Shown: one piece after another, positions 1-13,455 of the stretch
Position numbering within the stretch: position 1 is the stretch's first letter
Layout: the number at the start of each line of letters is the position of its first letter
Assembly (NCBI GenBank): GCA_002269645.1
Contig: NIVC01000127.1
Coordinates: forward strand, 1-64,000
Length of the DNA stretch: 64,000 nucleotides
Direction of reading: 5' to 3'
Source of the DNA: Macrostomum lignano
Taxonomy: Eukaryota
Made by a program: the position numbers and the translations under genes
Notes under the pieces: generated by a model
The model's input: only the letters and a program-made list of their open reading frames with translations
What the model was told of the DNA's origin: nothing
Databases searched by the model: none

Positions 1-3000
1 ACATTATAATTTAACAGTCCGATTTTCTTTCTCTATAATTTTTAATTCGAATTAAAAAATTAGCTTTATTCTATAATTAGATATTGTTGCTTTGCAAAGT
101 TATAAATTAGGCCTAACAAAAAACTACTTTTTTTCAAATTTTCTTTCTTCAAGTTCATGCACACACAGCACAGTTAGGTATCTCACTAGGCCTAGGCCTA
201 AAATCTCTGGCTTATTGACAAAATAAAATAAATTTAACAATTGACACTGTCATTAATGCCATTGGCATTGAAATCAAAAAATGATTTAGTAGACCTAGGC
301 TTTGTCAATATTTTGCCTGAGCCCTGTATAAACACTTAATTTATTTGACAGCAGTACTAAGGCTTTAGAAAATTAGGCTGGGATTAGGTATAATATGAAA
401 GTTATTTAAAAAACTGGGCAATTCAAAAGATTTGTCTTTATATATTGTATAATATTATTTGTTTTAAACTAAAAAATGCAAAAATTAGGCTTACCGCCTT
501 GCCTTAGGCCTAGTCTAAATTATTGTTGAAAAAACACATTAAAAATAAAATTTTAATGGGATATAATATATTCAATAAAAGCAACAGAATAAAATGAATA
601 AAAAGCCTAAAAAGAAAAGAAATAATAAAAATAGGCCCTATAGCTATACTCTATTTTCATAAACAGGATAAGCCTATTAGACTAGAGCCTAAATGGCATC
701 AATTGAAAAGTTTAAAATTAGGAATTAGAGATAATTATATTTTGAAATAGAGAATACTTAGCATAATAATTTACTATGTTGTATTCAAGTTTTGAGAAGG
801 CTTTAGGTTCAAAAGGAATAGAAGACTAAAGAGTTTGAATTTGAAGAGTTGAAAATATTAGGTTTTATAGGTTTATGGCTTAAAAATAAAAAGAAGCAAT
901 TAAAGATAAGATAACATATAGTATATTTTTAGAAAGGGCAAAGGATGGTTAAATAGTTACAAGTATGTTGTGCTTAGATTTAAAGCTTTATGAGACACAG
1001 AAAATTTAGAATTAAGTTTATAGATATATTTATAGATAGGCCTACTGATTTTATCAACTCAAAAAGATAGGATTGGCATATGTTTTAGTTCTAGACTTCT
1101 AAGTAATTTTATTGGACAAGAAATAAAGATGCAAGCCTATTGATTAAAGGCTGCTATAAGAGAATAGAGCTAGATATTAAATAGGGGGGGGGGCTGGGTT
1201 TTTTTCGCCAGAGACAAGGTGCGAATCGCACCTTGTGCCAAATTTCAAGGTGCGATTTTAAGGCTCAGAGTGCAATTTCTCTTGAGTCTTGTTTCAGACA
1301 ACTGGGAATATATATTTTAATATCTTACATAAGGCTATAGCCATAGGCTATATCGCCTATATGACTTAATAGGATTTAAAGAGTTATTTTGTTTATATAT
1401 TTTTAGGTACTGCATAAAAAATAGCTTAAGCATAGTTAAGCCTTTAAAGAAAAATGGTTATAAGACTGCACCTAAACCGCACCTACTTTTTTAATTTCAG
1501 GGTGCGATTTTAAAATTTAGGGTGCATATGCACACTGTACACAAAAAACCCTGGGGGGGGCTAGCATATGTTTCTAACAATTAGTAAAAATAAATAATTT
1601 TAATTTTATTGCAATTCATGGCTTTACCAAAATTTTTTACCGATATAATAGTAAGTCTATAATTATAATTGCATTAATAGCAATTTATAGGCCCTATATA
1701 ATGAATTCATTCAAATAATCAATTAACACTATTGGAAAATAACTAGGCCTAATAAATAGTAAGATAGGCATAATATTGATTAGGACTACTTAGTATTATT
1801 GGTATTTTAATTGGTTTTTTCAATTTGAATTGGTTGTTTTTTTCATGTGTCAAAACAATTCATTGCTCATTCATGTTCATTGCTATTTGTCACTTTTTTA
1901 TAGTTATACTTAATAAACTTAACTATCAAATGTCTTAAAAACTCTTAAAATACAAAAAACTAGGCCTAATTTCAAATTTTAGAAATATATTTTTTTGTTT
2001 GCATTCAAACAAAAATGGTTTCAATTTGACATTGATGGTTTTTCTTTCTATTCTAGTTTTGATAATTTGATTTGTTAGAGGTTTGGTAAGTTGACATTAA
2101 TCTTAGAATTAACAAGGTATCAATTTGGAATTAGGGATCTAAATCTAAGATGTCATGATATAGAGATAGAACAAATATTTGGAATCTTTAAAATGAAATT
2201 AAATCAACTGAATATGTGGTTCAAATCAGAATTAGAAAGTTGATAATCCAAATACTAAATAGTTGCTTTGATATGGGGCAAAGCTTTGGAATAAGTCAAG
2301 AGTTGAATATTGGTGTTGTGGCTCATAAGTAAAGGGAAAGGATAAAGGACAGATAAAAATTAGGGAATTAATAGACTAAGAAGTTTGTGTTTGAAAAGAT
2401 AGAATATTAAGGATTGTGGACTTGTAGCTAAAAAATGAGAGAATTACAGATTACATAATATACAGCATGTCTTGAGAAAAGATGGGTGCTTAAGCAGTTG
2501 CTAGCACTTTGTGCTCAGATTGAGTACTTAGGCTTTAGGAGGCTTTGAAGTTTGAGGCTTTAGGTTGTTTAAGAAAAGTGGAACATTAAGAATCAAGTTT
2601 ACATATGCTTGTAACATGGATCAAGAATACTGATTCCTATAAACTTGGAGGGGTGGGGTTGGAATTTGGTCTGGGCACATTTCATTGGACAAGAAGATGC
2701 ATGCCTATTGGTTTAAGGCTGCTAAAAGGAAAATGACTAGATATTAAATACCATGTGCTTCCAACAGTGAGTATAGCTAGACATTCCACATAGTTTAATC
2801 ATAAATTTATCTAGAATAAACTCATTTAACCATCAATTAGCACTACTGACAATTGACTAATAAGTAGTGAAGTGGTTTGTCTAGACCATGAAATATTCAA
2901 ATACTCTTAAAATTAATGGTTCTATATTTTCTGTAGTTCATATTTCATTTGAGTTAAGAAATATAATTATTTGGATGCTCAGGATTTTAAGACTTCTGCA

Positions 3001-3150
3001 ACTTTTGTGGGTCAGAGAGGCTCAGTCATTATAAAATGTAAGCTAGCTAGAGATGTTGGATATTTCACTTGACTTTAAGAAACTGTAATAAGAAAAAAGT
3101 ACAATATATTCGTCAACAGAAAGCTAAGAACTAGCTGGGACTTGAACTAC
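1..3150. other. AT-rich, CpG-poor non-coding domain upstream of eIF2-gamma
   Basis: Visibly AT-rich with very few CG dinucleotides and recurrent TAGGCCTA motifs; no ORF in the track; abrupt switch to CpG-rich coding sequence near 3200. Confidence 0.75.
1194..1553. mobile_element. Putative MITE (non-autonomous DNA transposon) inserted in a G-run
   Basis: Termini CTGGGTTTTTTT ... AAAAAACCCTG (imperfect TIR); internal repeated GGTGCGATTTT/GCACC motifs; G-runs on both flanks. Confidence 0.5.
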
Positions 3151-3240
3151 TAATAGTAGCATTTGACATTTCAAATGATTTTGAAATTCATGCAACTTTC
3201 AACCGCTACAGCAACAAGCGCACACTAAACGGCGAGCACT

Positions 3241-6096
3241 ATGGCTGACAACTTAGCAGTCCAAGATATAGAGAAATTGGATGTGAGCAAGCTCACCCCG
3301 CTAACTCCCGAGGTGATTAGCCGTCAGGCCACAATCAATATCGGCACCATTGGTCACGTGGCCCACGGCAAGACCACAGTGGTGAAGGCCATCTCCGGCG
3401 TGCACACAATCCGGCACAAGAACGAACTGGTCCGCAACATCACCATTAAGCTGGGCTACGCTAATGCAAAATCTACCGCTGCGACAATCAGCTGTGCCCT
3501 AAGCCCGGCTGCTATCGGAGCAAAGGCTCCGCACATCCGGACGACTTTCCCTGCGACCGGCCCGGCTGTTCCGGCCGGTTCCGGGTGCAACGCCACGTCT
3601 CCTTTGTTGACTGTCCCGGCCACGACATCCTCATGGCTACCATGCTGAACGGAGCCGCCGTTATGGACGCCGCTTTGCTGCTAATCGCTGGCAACGAGGC
3701 CTGTCCGCAGCCTCAGACCTCCGAGCACCTGGCCGCCGTTGAAATTATGCGACTGCGTCATCTGCTGATTTTGCAAAATAAAATCGATCTGATTAAAGAG
3801 CAGGAGGCCCAGAATCAGTATGAGGCTATTTTGGACTTCATCAAGGGCACCGTGGCTGACGGCAGCCCCGTGGTGCCGATCTCCGCCCAGCTTGGCTACA
3901 ACATCGACGTGGTGTGCGAGTACATCTGCCGCCACGTGCCCGTGCCGCTGCGCGATTTCACTAGCGACCCCAGGCTTATCGTTATTCGCAGTTTCGATGT
4001 TAATAAGCCAGGTTGGTTAGTTTCTTATCTGATTGCTGATTCTTTCACAGCCTCCCAGATCCTCAGTTGCTGGGCCACCCTCTCAGATCCTCAGTTGCTG
4101 GGCCAGCCTCCCAGATCCTCAGTTGCTGGGCCACCCTCTCAGATCCTCAGTTGCTGGGCCAGCCTCCCAGATCCTCAGTTGCTTGGCCAGCCTCCCAAAT
4201 CCTCAGTTGCTTGGCCAGCCTCCCAGATCCTCAGTTGCTTGGCCAGACTCCCAGATCCTCAGTTGCTGAGCCAGCCTCCCAGATCCTCAGTTGCTGAGCC
4301 AGCCTCCCAGATCCTCAGTTGCTGGGCCAGCCTCTCAGATCCTCAGTTGCTGAACCAGACTTCCAGATCCTCAGTTGCTGAACCAGACTTCCAGATCCTC
4401 AGTTGCTGAACCAGACTTCCAGATCCTCAGTTGCTGGGCCAGACTCCCAGACTCACGAGATCCCTCCACATCTTGGGGAATACTTTTACATTAGCTATCA
4501 GTTTTTAATTTTTTATGCTTTAAAATAATTAGAAATGTTCATCATATCCTTCCCGGACTGAGTAGTTAGCCAAGCGCATGCTAATATAAAATCATTTACG
4601 TCAATCCAGGCTCGGAAGTTGACGATTTAAAAGGTGGCGTAGCCGGCGGCTCCGTCCTTCGCGGCGTCCTTCGCGTTGGCCAGGAGATCGAAGTCCGGCC
4701 GGGCATCATCTCCAAGGGCGCCGAGGGCCGCATGACCTGCCGGCCGATCCTGTCCCGAATCGTGTCGCTGTACACCGAGCGCAACGATTTGCAGTTCGCC
4801 GTTCCCGGCGGCCTGATCGGAGTTGGCACCATGGTTGATCCCACTCTGTGCCGGGCCGATCGCATGATTGGCATGGTTCTAGGCGCTGTTGGCACTTTGC
4901 CAAGCATCTACATCGAACTGGAGATCAGCTTCTTTCTGTTGCGCCGGCTGCTTGGCGTTCGAACCGAGGGTGACAAGAAAGGCGCCAAGGTTTGTTGGGG
5001 TGGTCTGTGACAGGGTTGCCAACAACAGGTTGATTTGCCTGAACCCAGGATTGTTTAGGTTTATTTAGCTTTGTTTACCAGCACCTGGATTTTTAGGTTT
5101 ATTTAGTTTGGGCTACCAGCACCTAGATTTTTAGGTTTATTTAGTTTGGGTAACCAGTACCTATATTTTTAGGTTTATTTAGTTTGGGTAACCAGTACCT
5201 ATATTTTTAGGTTTATTTAGTTTGGGCTTCCAGCACCTGGATTTTTAGGTTGATTTAGTTTGGGTAACCAGTACCTAGATTTTTAGGTTTCTTTTGGGTT
5301 ACCAGCACTTAGATTTTTTAGGTTTATTTAGTTTGGGTTACCATCACCCATTTTCAAAGTTTTACTTAGGTTGGCTTACCAGTAATCAGTTTGTTTAGGT
5401 TTATTTAGGTTGTATTGCCAGTGACCAATATTTTTAGGTTTATTTAGGTTGTATTGCCAGTGACCAATATTTTTAGGTTTATTTTGGTTGTATTGCCAGT
5501 GACCAATATTTTTAGGTTTATTTTGGTTGTATTGCCAGTGACCAATATTTTTAGGTTTATTTAGGTTGTATTGCCAGTGACCAATATTTTTAGGTTTATT
5601 TTGGTTGTATTGCCAGTGACCAATATTTTTAGGTTTATTTAGGTTGTATTGCCAGTGACCAATATTTTTAGGTTTATTTAGGTTGTATTGCTAGTGACGA
5701 ATATTTTTAGGTTTTGTTACCAGAACTCAGATTTTTTAGGTTTATTTAGGTTAGGTTACTAGCACCTAGAGAGTTTAGATTTAGTTAGGTTTTTTGACTT
5801 AGGTGTCCATGTCCATCCACTGTGATTTTTAACGCTTATCTGCCCCCCCCCTAAAAAATGAATCGCAGGTGCAAAAGCTGGCCAAGGCGGAGCTGCTGAT
5901 GGTGAACATTGGCTCCCTGTCCACCGGTTGCCGGGTGATTGCAGTTAAAAACGACCTGGCCCGCATCGCGCTCAACCAGCCAGTGTGCACTGAGATTGGC
6001 GAGAAGATCGCCCTGTCGCGCCGCGTTGACAAGCACTGGAGGCTGATCGGCTGGGGTCAGATTAGAAAGGGCTCGCCTATTAAAGTTGTGGAATGA
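3241..6096 (+). CDS. EIF2S3: Eukaryotic translation initiation factor 2 subunit gamma; exons 3241-4011, 4610-4989, 5869-6096; apparent 1-nt deletion at about 3467-3471
   Basis: [16 protein letters not shown]-loop, [33 protein letters not shown]|[22 protein letters not shown]|VQKLAK...WRLIGWGQI. Introns 4012-4609 and 4990-5868 are GT-AG and phase-compatible. Confidence 0.95.
4049..4450. repeat. Minisatellite (about 28-bp unit CCAGATCCTCAGTTGCTGGGCCAGCCTC) in eIF2-gamma intron 1
   Basis: Tandem degenerate copies visible. Confidence 0.9.
5050..5800. repeat. Minisatellite (about 39-bp unit TATTTTTAGGTTTATTTAGGTTGTATTGCCAGTGACCAA) in eIF2-gamma intron 2
   Basis: Tandem copies; homogeneous core at 5400-5700, degenerate flanks. 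Confidence 0.9.
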
Positions 6097-6253
6097 ATTA
6101 CCTGACTGACCCTGTGTGTTGTGTTTCCATTTGTGGGCTGGGAGTCCGGGGGTAGGCATTCAGCTTAATGGAGTGAGCGCCTTGGCACACCGCTGCTGCT
6201 GCTCTGTCTCCCAATTTTTTTGCAGTCATTAACGGTTTTGCCTTTTCGGGGTC

Positions 6254-6800
<547 letters not shown>

Positions 6801-7424
6801 TTTAACATCCTAGCTATGATTTTCCAACCAGACATATGTAATCATCTTGAAAGCAATTATTTAAAAGCAAGACTTATTTGAAAGCTGATTCTCTTTAGGA
6901 GCAACGCCGGCTTGCAAATCGTCGATTTGTTGTTGTTATTCTCTTTAACCCAGGCAGTCTGTCTTCTTGGTTCAAATTGATAAATTAAATCCACTGTTTC
7001 CCTCTCGAGATTCACACTCGGTGTTTGACAAAACTGGAAAATGATGTTTAAATAAAGAAGCTGTTCTGACGCAGAGCGAGAGAGGATGGGTGAAAGAGGC
7101 GGCTCTGTCTCTATCTCCCTTCCTGATGTCTGAGAGCTGTTTGAAAGAATAAACAACAATTTATTTCGTGTTCGTTGCTGCGTTCTTTGTCGCCAAATTT
7201 CTTTTAAGTCAACTTCAAAGATAATCGGACTGCTGGCTTGGCTAGCGAGCCAATTAAGTTCAATTAGATGCTGTTTATGCAGCTGTCGCAGTCGTTTCGA
7301 AATCTGTATTGCAAATTATTTTATTTTTACTTTCTAATTGCTCCCAGACCAATTTACAAGATTGCCAGTAAAAAATTTTTTAACGAATTTTTGCGATAAT
7401 TCCCTTCTGTTTCTGTGCTATTTA

Positions 7425-8262
7425 ACAGCCTGTCTATCTGACAGCACAGTCTGTCTATCTGACAGCACAGCCTGTCTATCTGACAGCACAGTCTGTCTAA
7501 CTGACAGCACAGTCTGTCTAACTGACAGCACAGTCTGTCTAACTGACAGCACAGTCTGTCTAACTGACAGCACAGTCTGTCTATCTGACAGCACAGTCTC
7601 TCTAACTGACAGCACAGCCTGTCTAACTGACAGCACAGCCTGTCTAACTGACAGCACAGTATGTCTAACTGACAGCACAGTCTGTCTAACTGACAGCACA
7701 GTCTGTCTAACTGACAGCACAGTCTGTCTATCTGACAGCACAGTCTCTCTAACTGACAGCACAGTCTGTCTAACTGACAGCACAGCCTGTCTAACTGACA
7801 GCACAGCCTTTCTAACTGACAGCACAGTATGTCTAACTGACAGCACAGTCTGTCTAACTGACAGCACAGTCTGTCTAACTGACAGCACAGTCTGTCTATC
7901 TGACAGTACAGTCTGTCTAACTGACTGCACAGTATGTCTAACTGACAGCACAGTCTGTCTATCTGACAGCACAGTCTGTCTAACTGACAGCACAGTATGT
8001 CTAACTGACAGCACAGTCTGTCTAACTGACAGCACAGTCTGTCTAACTGACAGCACAGTCTGTCTAACTGACAGCACAGTCTGTCTAACTGACAGCATAG
8101 CCTGTCTAACTGACAGCACAGTCTGTCTAACTGACAGCACAGCCTGTCTAACTGACAGCACAGTCTGTCTAACTGACAGCACAGCCTGTCTAACTGACAG
8201 CACAGCCTGTCTAACTGACAGCACAGTCTGTCTAACTGACAGTACAGTCTGTCTATCTGACA
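7425..8262. repeat. 21-bp minisatellite CTAACTGACAGCACAGTCTGT
   Basis: About 40 tandem units. Confidence 0.95.
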
Positions 8263-8264
8263 GG

Positions 8265-8448
8265 CATACATGCGCAACCTTGGGAATCACCCGGCCGTTT
8301 CTAATGGCAACACACACATGTAAGTCGCTATTGACTGAGAGCAGTCACGTGACTACTATTCCGTCCAATAGCGACTTACATGTGTGTGTGTGTGTGTGTG
8401 TTGCCAATAGAAACGGCCGGGTGAATCCCTAGGTTGCGCCCAAGCATG
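8265..8448. mobile_element. Fold-back MITE (hAT-like CATACATGCGCAAC terminus) inserted at the end of the 21-bp array
   Basis: Arms GCGCAACCTTGGGAATCACCCGGCCGTTTCTAATGGCAACAC...ATGTAAGTCGCTATTG and its near-perfect reverse complement; flanks CTGACAGG/CTGACAGC; left end identical to the TIR of the MITE at 21313. Confidence 0.7.
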
Positions 8449-9029
8449 CTGACAGCACAGTCTGTAACTGACAGAACAGCCTGTAAACTTACAGCACAAA
8501 CTCCAGGTCGTAAATCCTGTAGACATTTTTAAACTAATTTTGCGTCACACCCCGTGTCGAGAGCGAGGCCCATATTGTTTTGAGTCTCCCTCCATCAACA
8601 GGTTTTTGTTGCCAAATCTAAAAATAGGACGACAAATTGAGTTAAACAAAGAAGGAAAAGAATTGAGAAGAATGGGTGGGTTGGGCTGGGCGACATTTTA
8701 ATCAGTTTTTGTCTCGAGCTATCAATAAAGAGAAGCTGGCGAAGCGGAACAAGTGCCAGGGGAAACCTTTTCAGGCTGATTGAACCTAAACTCGGGACCC
8801 TGGATTCTCGGTGTGTTTAACACGGCTTTTTGAAAGCTAACTGCAACTGTTTTTTTAGATTGACAGTTCAACCTCTCCTCATCGTTTTTATGCCCGAGCT
8901 GCGTTCTCTACCAAATCCCAATTGTGTCATGGCCAAGAGAGAGGCCAAGTACTTGCCTTCACTTTGTTTTTTCGGCTATTGAAAATGGCAAAAATATCTA
9001 CGTCTACATTGCTGCCTTTGCCACTGAAT

Positions 9030-9200
9030 ACACAACTGTGAATAGACAAATGTGTGAATAGACAACTGTGTGAATAGCAACTGTGAATACACAACTGTGT
9101 GAATACACAACTGTGTGAATACACAACTGTGTGAATAGCAACTCTGAATACACAACTGTGTGAATAGCAACTCTGAATACACAACTGTGTGAATAGCAAA
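9030..9200. repeat. Short minisatellite (CAACTGTGTGAATA-based, 18-20 bp)
   Basis: About 8 degenerate tandem units. Confidence 0.8.
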
Positions 9201-9800
9201 AGTGGGAATAGCATAAGCAACTATGTAAACAGATAAACTGTGTGCGAAGAAAATTGCATAAAAATGTTAAACTTCGTGAATTCACAACTGTGAATCTTCC
9301 AATGCACAGCAGCCGTGATTATTCGAAATTGTCGGTGCGCTAAAAATCAGCTTCGACTGTATTTTCTGTGTTTGCCGCCTTGTCTTTAACTCGCTTCCAA
9401 TTAGCCGCTCTCCCACCTGTGCCGCTGCTACGATGGAGTCTCTCAAAATCGCTTTTCTTTCTTTTTCAATTTAAACAAAATCTTGCTCACCTGAACAGGC
9501 AATTATTGACAATTAGCGAGAAATTTCCAGCAAATTCTTCAAAGCGGCAAAAACAGAAGAGAACCACGGCCAAATTCGCGGGACCAGGTGAAAATTTAAT
9601 AGAATAATTTTTTCCCAATTATAGCAATTCGCGCGTCCCAATTAGGACTTGAAAGTAAACCGATTTGAGGACTTTATTCCCAGAAATTCTTGCGCACTCG
9701 GCTGCGAAGAATCTCATAGCGCACCTGTTGCTACCCTGCTGGTGCATCTCAAAGGAGGAATAAGGATATGGAAAAAAAGCATCGCTCCTGCTCTTTATTC

Positions 9801-10227
9801 GGGAGCATGAGATTTGCCCGCCGAGATTTTTCCCGCCGAGGTTTGCCCGCAATGTTTATTCCTGCAGCGCATTTGGCCACGGCAGCTAGATTCTGTCTGC
9901 ATTGCCCCCCATGCTTAGTACCGCGTAAGTCTTAATAAAGAGATTTGGGGGACATGGCATTTGCATGAATTAATAGCTCACCGATGTACTCGTACCCCTG
10001 CATGTGTATAGAACACCTACAAGAAAATATGAATTTTATATGCAGCTACTATCAAAACGTTTTGATCGGCTGTAAATCTCTTTATTGAGACTTACTAAGC
10101 ATTGGGGAGGCAATGCAGACAGAATCTGCCGCGTGGCTGAATGCACTGCAGGAAAAAAGCATTGCGGGCAAACCTCGGTGGGAAAAACTCGGCGGGCAAT
10201 TCGTCTGCGGGCAATTCTCATGGACCC
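9801..10227. mobile_element. Long-TIR MITE, GGG...CCC termini, 8-bp TSD (Merlin- or MULE-like)
   Basis: About 150-bp imperfect inverted repeats (9801-9945 vs 10077-10227); exact direct repeat CTTTATTC at 9793-9800 and 10228-10235. Confidence 0.8.
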
Positions 10228-10254
10228 CTTTATTCTGCGTTTTCCTGACTAAGT

Positions 10255-10860
10255 TCCTTTCTCTCTCTATCTCTCTCCCTTCTCTCTCTATCTCTCCCCT
10301 CCCTTCTCTCTCTATCTCTCTCCCTTCTCTCTCTATCTCTCCCCTCCCTTCTCTCTCTATCTCTCTCCCTTCTCTCTCTATCTCTCCCCTCCCTTCTCTC
10401 TCTATCTCTCTCCCTTCTCTCTCTATCTCTCCCCTCCCTTCTCTCTCTATCTCTCCCCTCCCTTCTCTCTCTATCTCTCTCCTCCCTTCTCTCTCTATCT
10501 CTCTCCTCCCTTCTCTCTCATCTCTCCCCTCCCTTCTCACTCTTCCCTTCTCTCTCCTCCCTTCTCTCTCCTCCCTTCTCTCTCCTCCCTTCTCTCTCTT
10601 CCCTTCTCTCTCTTCCCTTCTCTCTCTATCTCTCTCCTCCCTTGTCTCTCCTCCCTTCTCTCTCCTCCCTTCTCTCTCCCTTGTCTCTCCTCCCTTCTCT
10701 CTCCTCCCTTGTCTCTCCTCCCTTCTCTCTCCTCCCTTGTCTCTCCTCCCTTCTCTCACTATTTTCTCCCCATCTCTCCTTTCTCGGTCTCTCCTTTCTT
10801 CTCTCTACGTCTCTCCCTTCTCTCCCTTCTCTTTCATTCTCTTTCCCATATTTCTCGCTT
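10255..10860. repeat. CT-rich compound micro/minisatellite
   Basis: CCTTCTCTCTCTATCTCTC-type units. Confidence 0.9.
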
Positions 10861-11389
10861 CTTTACTGTTTGCCCTCACATTGTATCCTTTTCCCTCTTC
10901 ATCTCACCGCTCTCCCGTCTACCTGGTTCCCGCGGACGCGAGAGCACATGCTGGCACGCACGTGGCCTATTTATCCTCATCGGATTCGCACCGACCAGCT
11001 GCAAATTTGCTTCCACACGGTGCCGCTAGGCCTATAAGCTGTACGAGTATTCCGATTCCCTTTCATCACCATCCGACTTTCTAGTATAGAAAAATTCATG
11101 TGCCCACGGAGCCGTGACGAACTGCGGGGCAACTCACTATTAATCTATAATCCCGCCCCCCATCCAATGTACTCTATAATTATAAGAAGGCTAAAAATAC
11201 TGAAGTATAAGTTAGAAAGATCACATGCACCATTGAACACTTGCATTAGGCTGTCTCGTGTGAGCGTAGGCGTTGTATATTTGTCATAACAGAATCTTTC
11301 TTAAAATTAAATTTAGTAGACGCTTCTTTAGGATAGACGGCTGGGCAGAAACATTGTCAAGAAGGAATTTCTTCCCAAAATTTAATGGG

Positions 11390-12260
11390 TTGAGAAACGG
11401 TCAGTGGGGAATTTCTTCCCCCCGGGTTTAAATATGGTTGGAGAAACGGTCAGTGGGGAATTTCTTCCCCGGGTTTAAATATGGTTGGAGAAACGGTCAG
11501 TGGGGAATTTCTTCCCCGGGTTTAAATATGGTTGGAGAAACGGTCAGTGGGGAATTTCTTACCCGGTTTTAAATATGGTTGGAGAAACGGTCAGTGGGGA
11601 ATTTCTTACCCGGTTTTAAATATGGTTGAAGAAACGGTCAGTGGGGAATTTCTCTCCAGGGTTTAAATATGGGTGGAGAAACGGTCAGTGGGGAATTTCT
11701 TCCCCGGGTTTAAATATGGCTGGAGAAACGGTCAGTGGGGAATTTCTTCCCCGGGTTTAAATATGGCTGGAGAAACGGTCAGTGGGGAATTTCTTCCCCG
11801 GGTTTAAATATGGCTTGAGAAACGGTCAGTGGGGAATTTTTCTCCCGGGTTTAAATATTGATTGAGAAACGGTCAGTGGGGAATTTCTCTCTCGGGTTTA
11901 AATATGGTTGGAGAAACGGTCAGTGGGGAATTTCTTCCCCGGGTTTAAATATGGCTGGAGAAACGGTCAGTGGGGAATTTCTTCCCCGGGTTTAAATATT
12001 GATTGAGAAACGGTCAGTGGGGAATTTCTCTCCCGGGTTTAAATATTGATTGAGAAACGGTCAGTGGGGAATTTCTCTCCCGGGTTTAAATATTGATTGA
12101 GAAACGGTCAGTGGGGAATTTCTTACCCGGGTTTAAATATGGTTGGAGAAACGGTCAGTGGGGAATTTCTTCCCCGGGTTTAAATATGGCTGGAGAAACG
12201 GTCACTGGGGAATTTCTTCCCCGGGTTTAAATATGGGTTGAGAAACGGTCAGTGGGGAAT
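11390..12260. repeat. 47-bp minisatellite GGAGAAACGGTCAGTGGGGAATTTCTTCCCCGGGTTTAAATATGGTT
   Basis: About 18 tandem units; internal GGGGAA...TTCCCC palindrome in each unit. Confidence 0.95.
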
Positions 12261-12756
12261 GAGTCTGGGGATAAATATAGGTGAAGAAATACTCAGTGGA
12301 GGGAATTTATTCCCCGATTAAGAACTCTACGTGAGAAACTCGACCAGTTTGTTTTCCAGTTTCCAGGAAAGACTGTCCCTCTTCATTTTTAAAACGCTCC
12401 CTGGCTAAAGCGCGTGCAGTGCCCTTGTTTCAATTCTTCGCTCAAGGCTTGCCCGGTTGCAGCTGGTTTTTCCTGGAATCGAGCCGCGGATCCTCCTCTA
12501 GATCAGCCTCTTGAGATTCCGTCGAACCCTCTGTACTAGCAAATTTGCCCATGTCATGATGAACTCTTCAGCCCACGCCCAGCCTCTGCTGGTGGAGCGC
12601 GTCCCCCACCCGGGCAGGGTCCGACGCAGGCGAGCGGAAGTAATTTGTATCTGCATGTTCCAATTCGAAAGTAATAGGAAAAATTTATTGTTATTACTCG
12701 TAGTCTGTTTGACCGACACACCCTTCTTACTGATCTGAATCAGGGTTCATGATTCA

Positions 12757-13455
12757 TCCCAAACTGCACCCCAAACTGCACGCCAAATTGCACCCCAAAC
12801 TGCACCCCAAACTGCACCCCAAACTGCACCCCAAACTGCACCCCAAACTGCACCTCAAAGAGCACGCCAAACTGCACGCCAAACTGCACCCCGAACTGCA
12901 CCCCAAACTGCACGCCAAACTGCACCCCGAACTGCACCCCAAATTGCACTCCAAACTGCACCCCAAACTGCACGCCAAACTGCACCCCAAACTGCACCCC
13001 AAACTGCACCCGAAACTGCACCCCAAACTGCACGCCAAACTGCACCCCAAACTGCACTCCAAACTGCACCCCAAACTGCACCTCAAAGAGCACCCCAAAC
13101 TGCACCCCAAACTGCACCCGAAACTGCACCCCAAACTGCACCCCAAACTGCACCCCAAACTGCACCCCAAACTGCACCTCAAAGAGCACCCCAAACTGCA
13201 CCCCAAACTGCACCCCAAACTGCACCCCAAACTGCACCCCAAACTGCACCCCAAACTGCACCCCAAACTGCACCCCAAACTGCACCTCAAAGAGCACCCC
13301 AAACTGCACCCCAAACTGCACGCCAAACTGCACCCCGAACTGCACCCCAAACTGCACTCCAAACTGCACCCCAAACTGCACGCCAAACTGCACTCCAAAC
13401 TGCACCCCAAACTGCACCCCAAACTGCACCCCAAACTGCACGCCAAACTGCACCC
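12757..13455. repeat. 12-bp minisatellite CCAAACTGCACC
   Basis: About 58 units with recurring variants (CTCAAAGAGCAC). Confidence 0.95.

Noticed and set aside
4012-4409. Repetitive C-terminal extension of the eIF2-gamma ORF
   Set aside because: Read-through past the donor at 4012 into an intronic minisatellite; the conserved protein resumes at 4610.
12430-12720. GC-rich segment resembling an exon
   Set aside because: No frame gives a recognisable protein, and stops interrupt the candidate frames.
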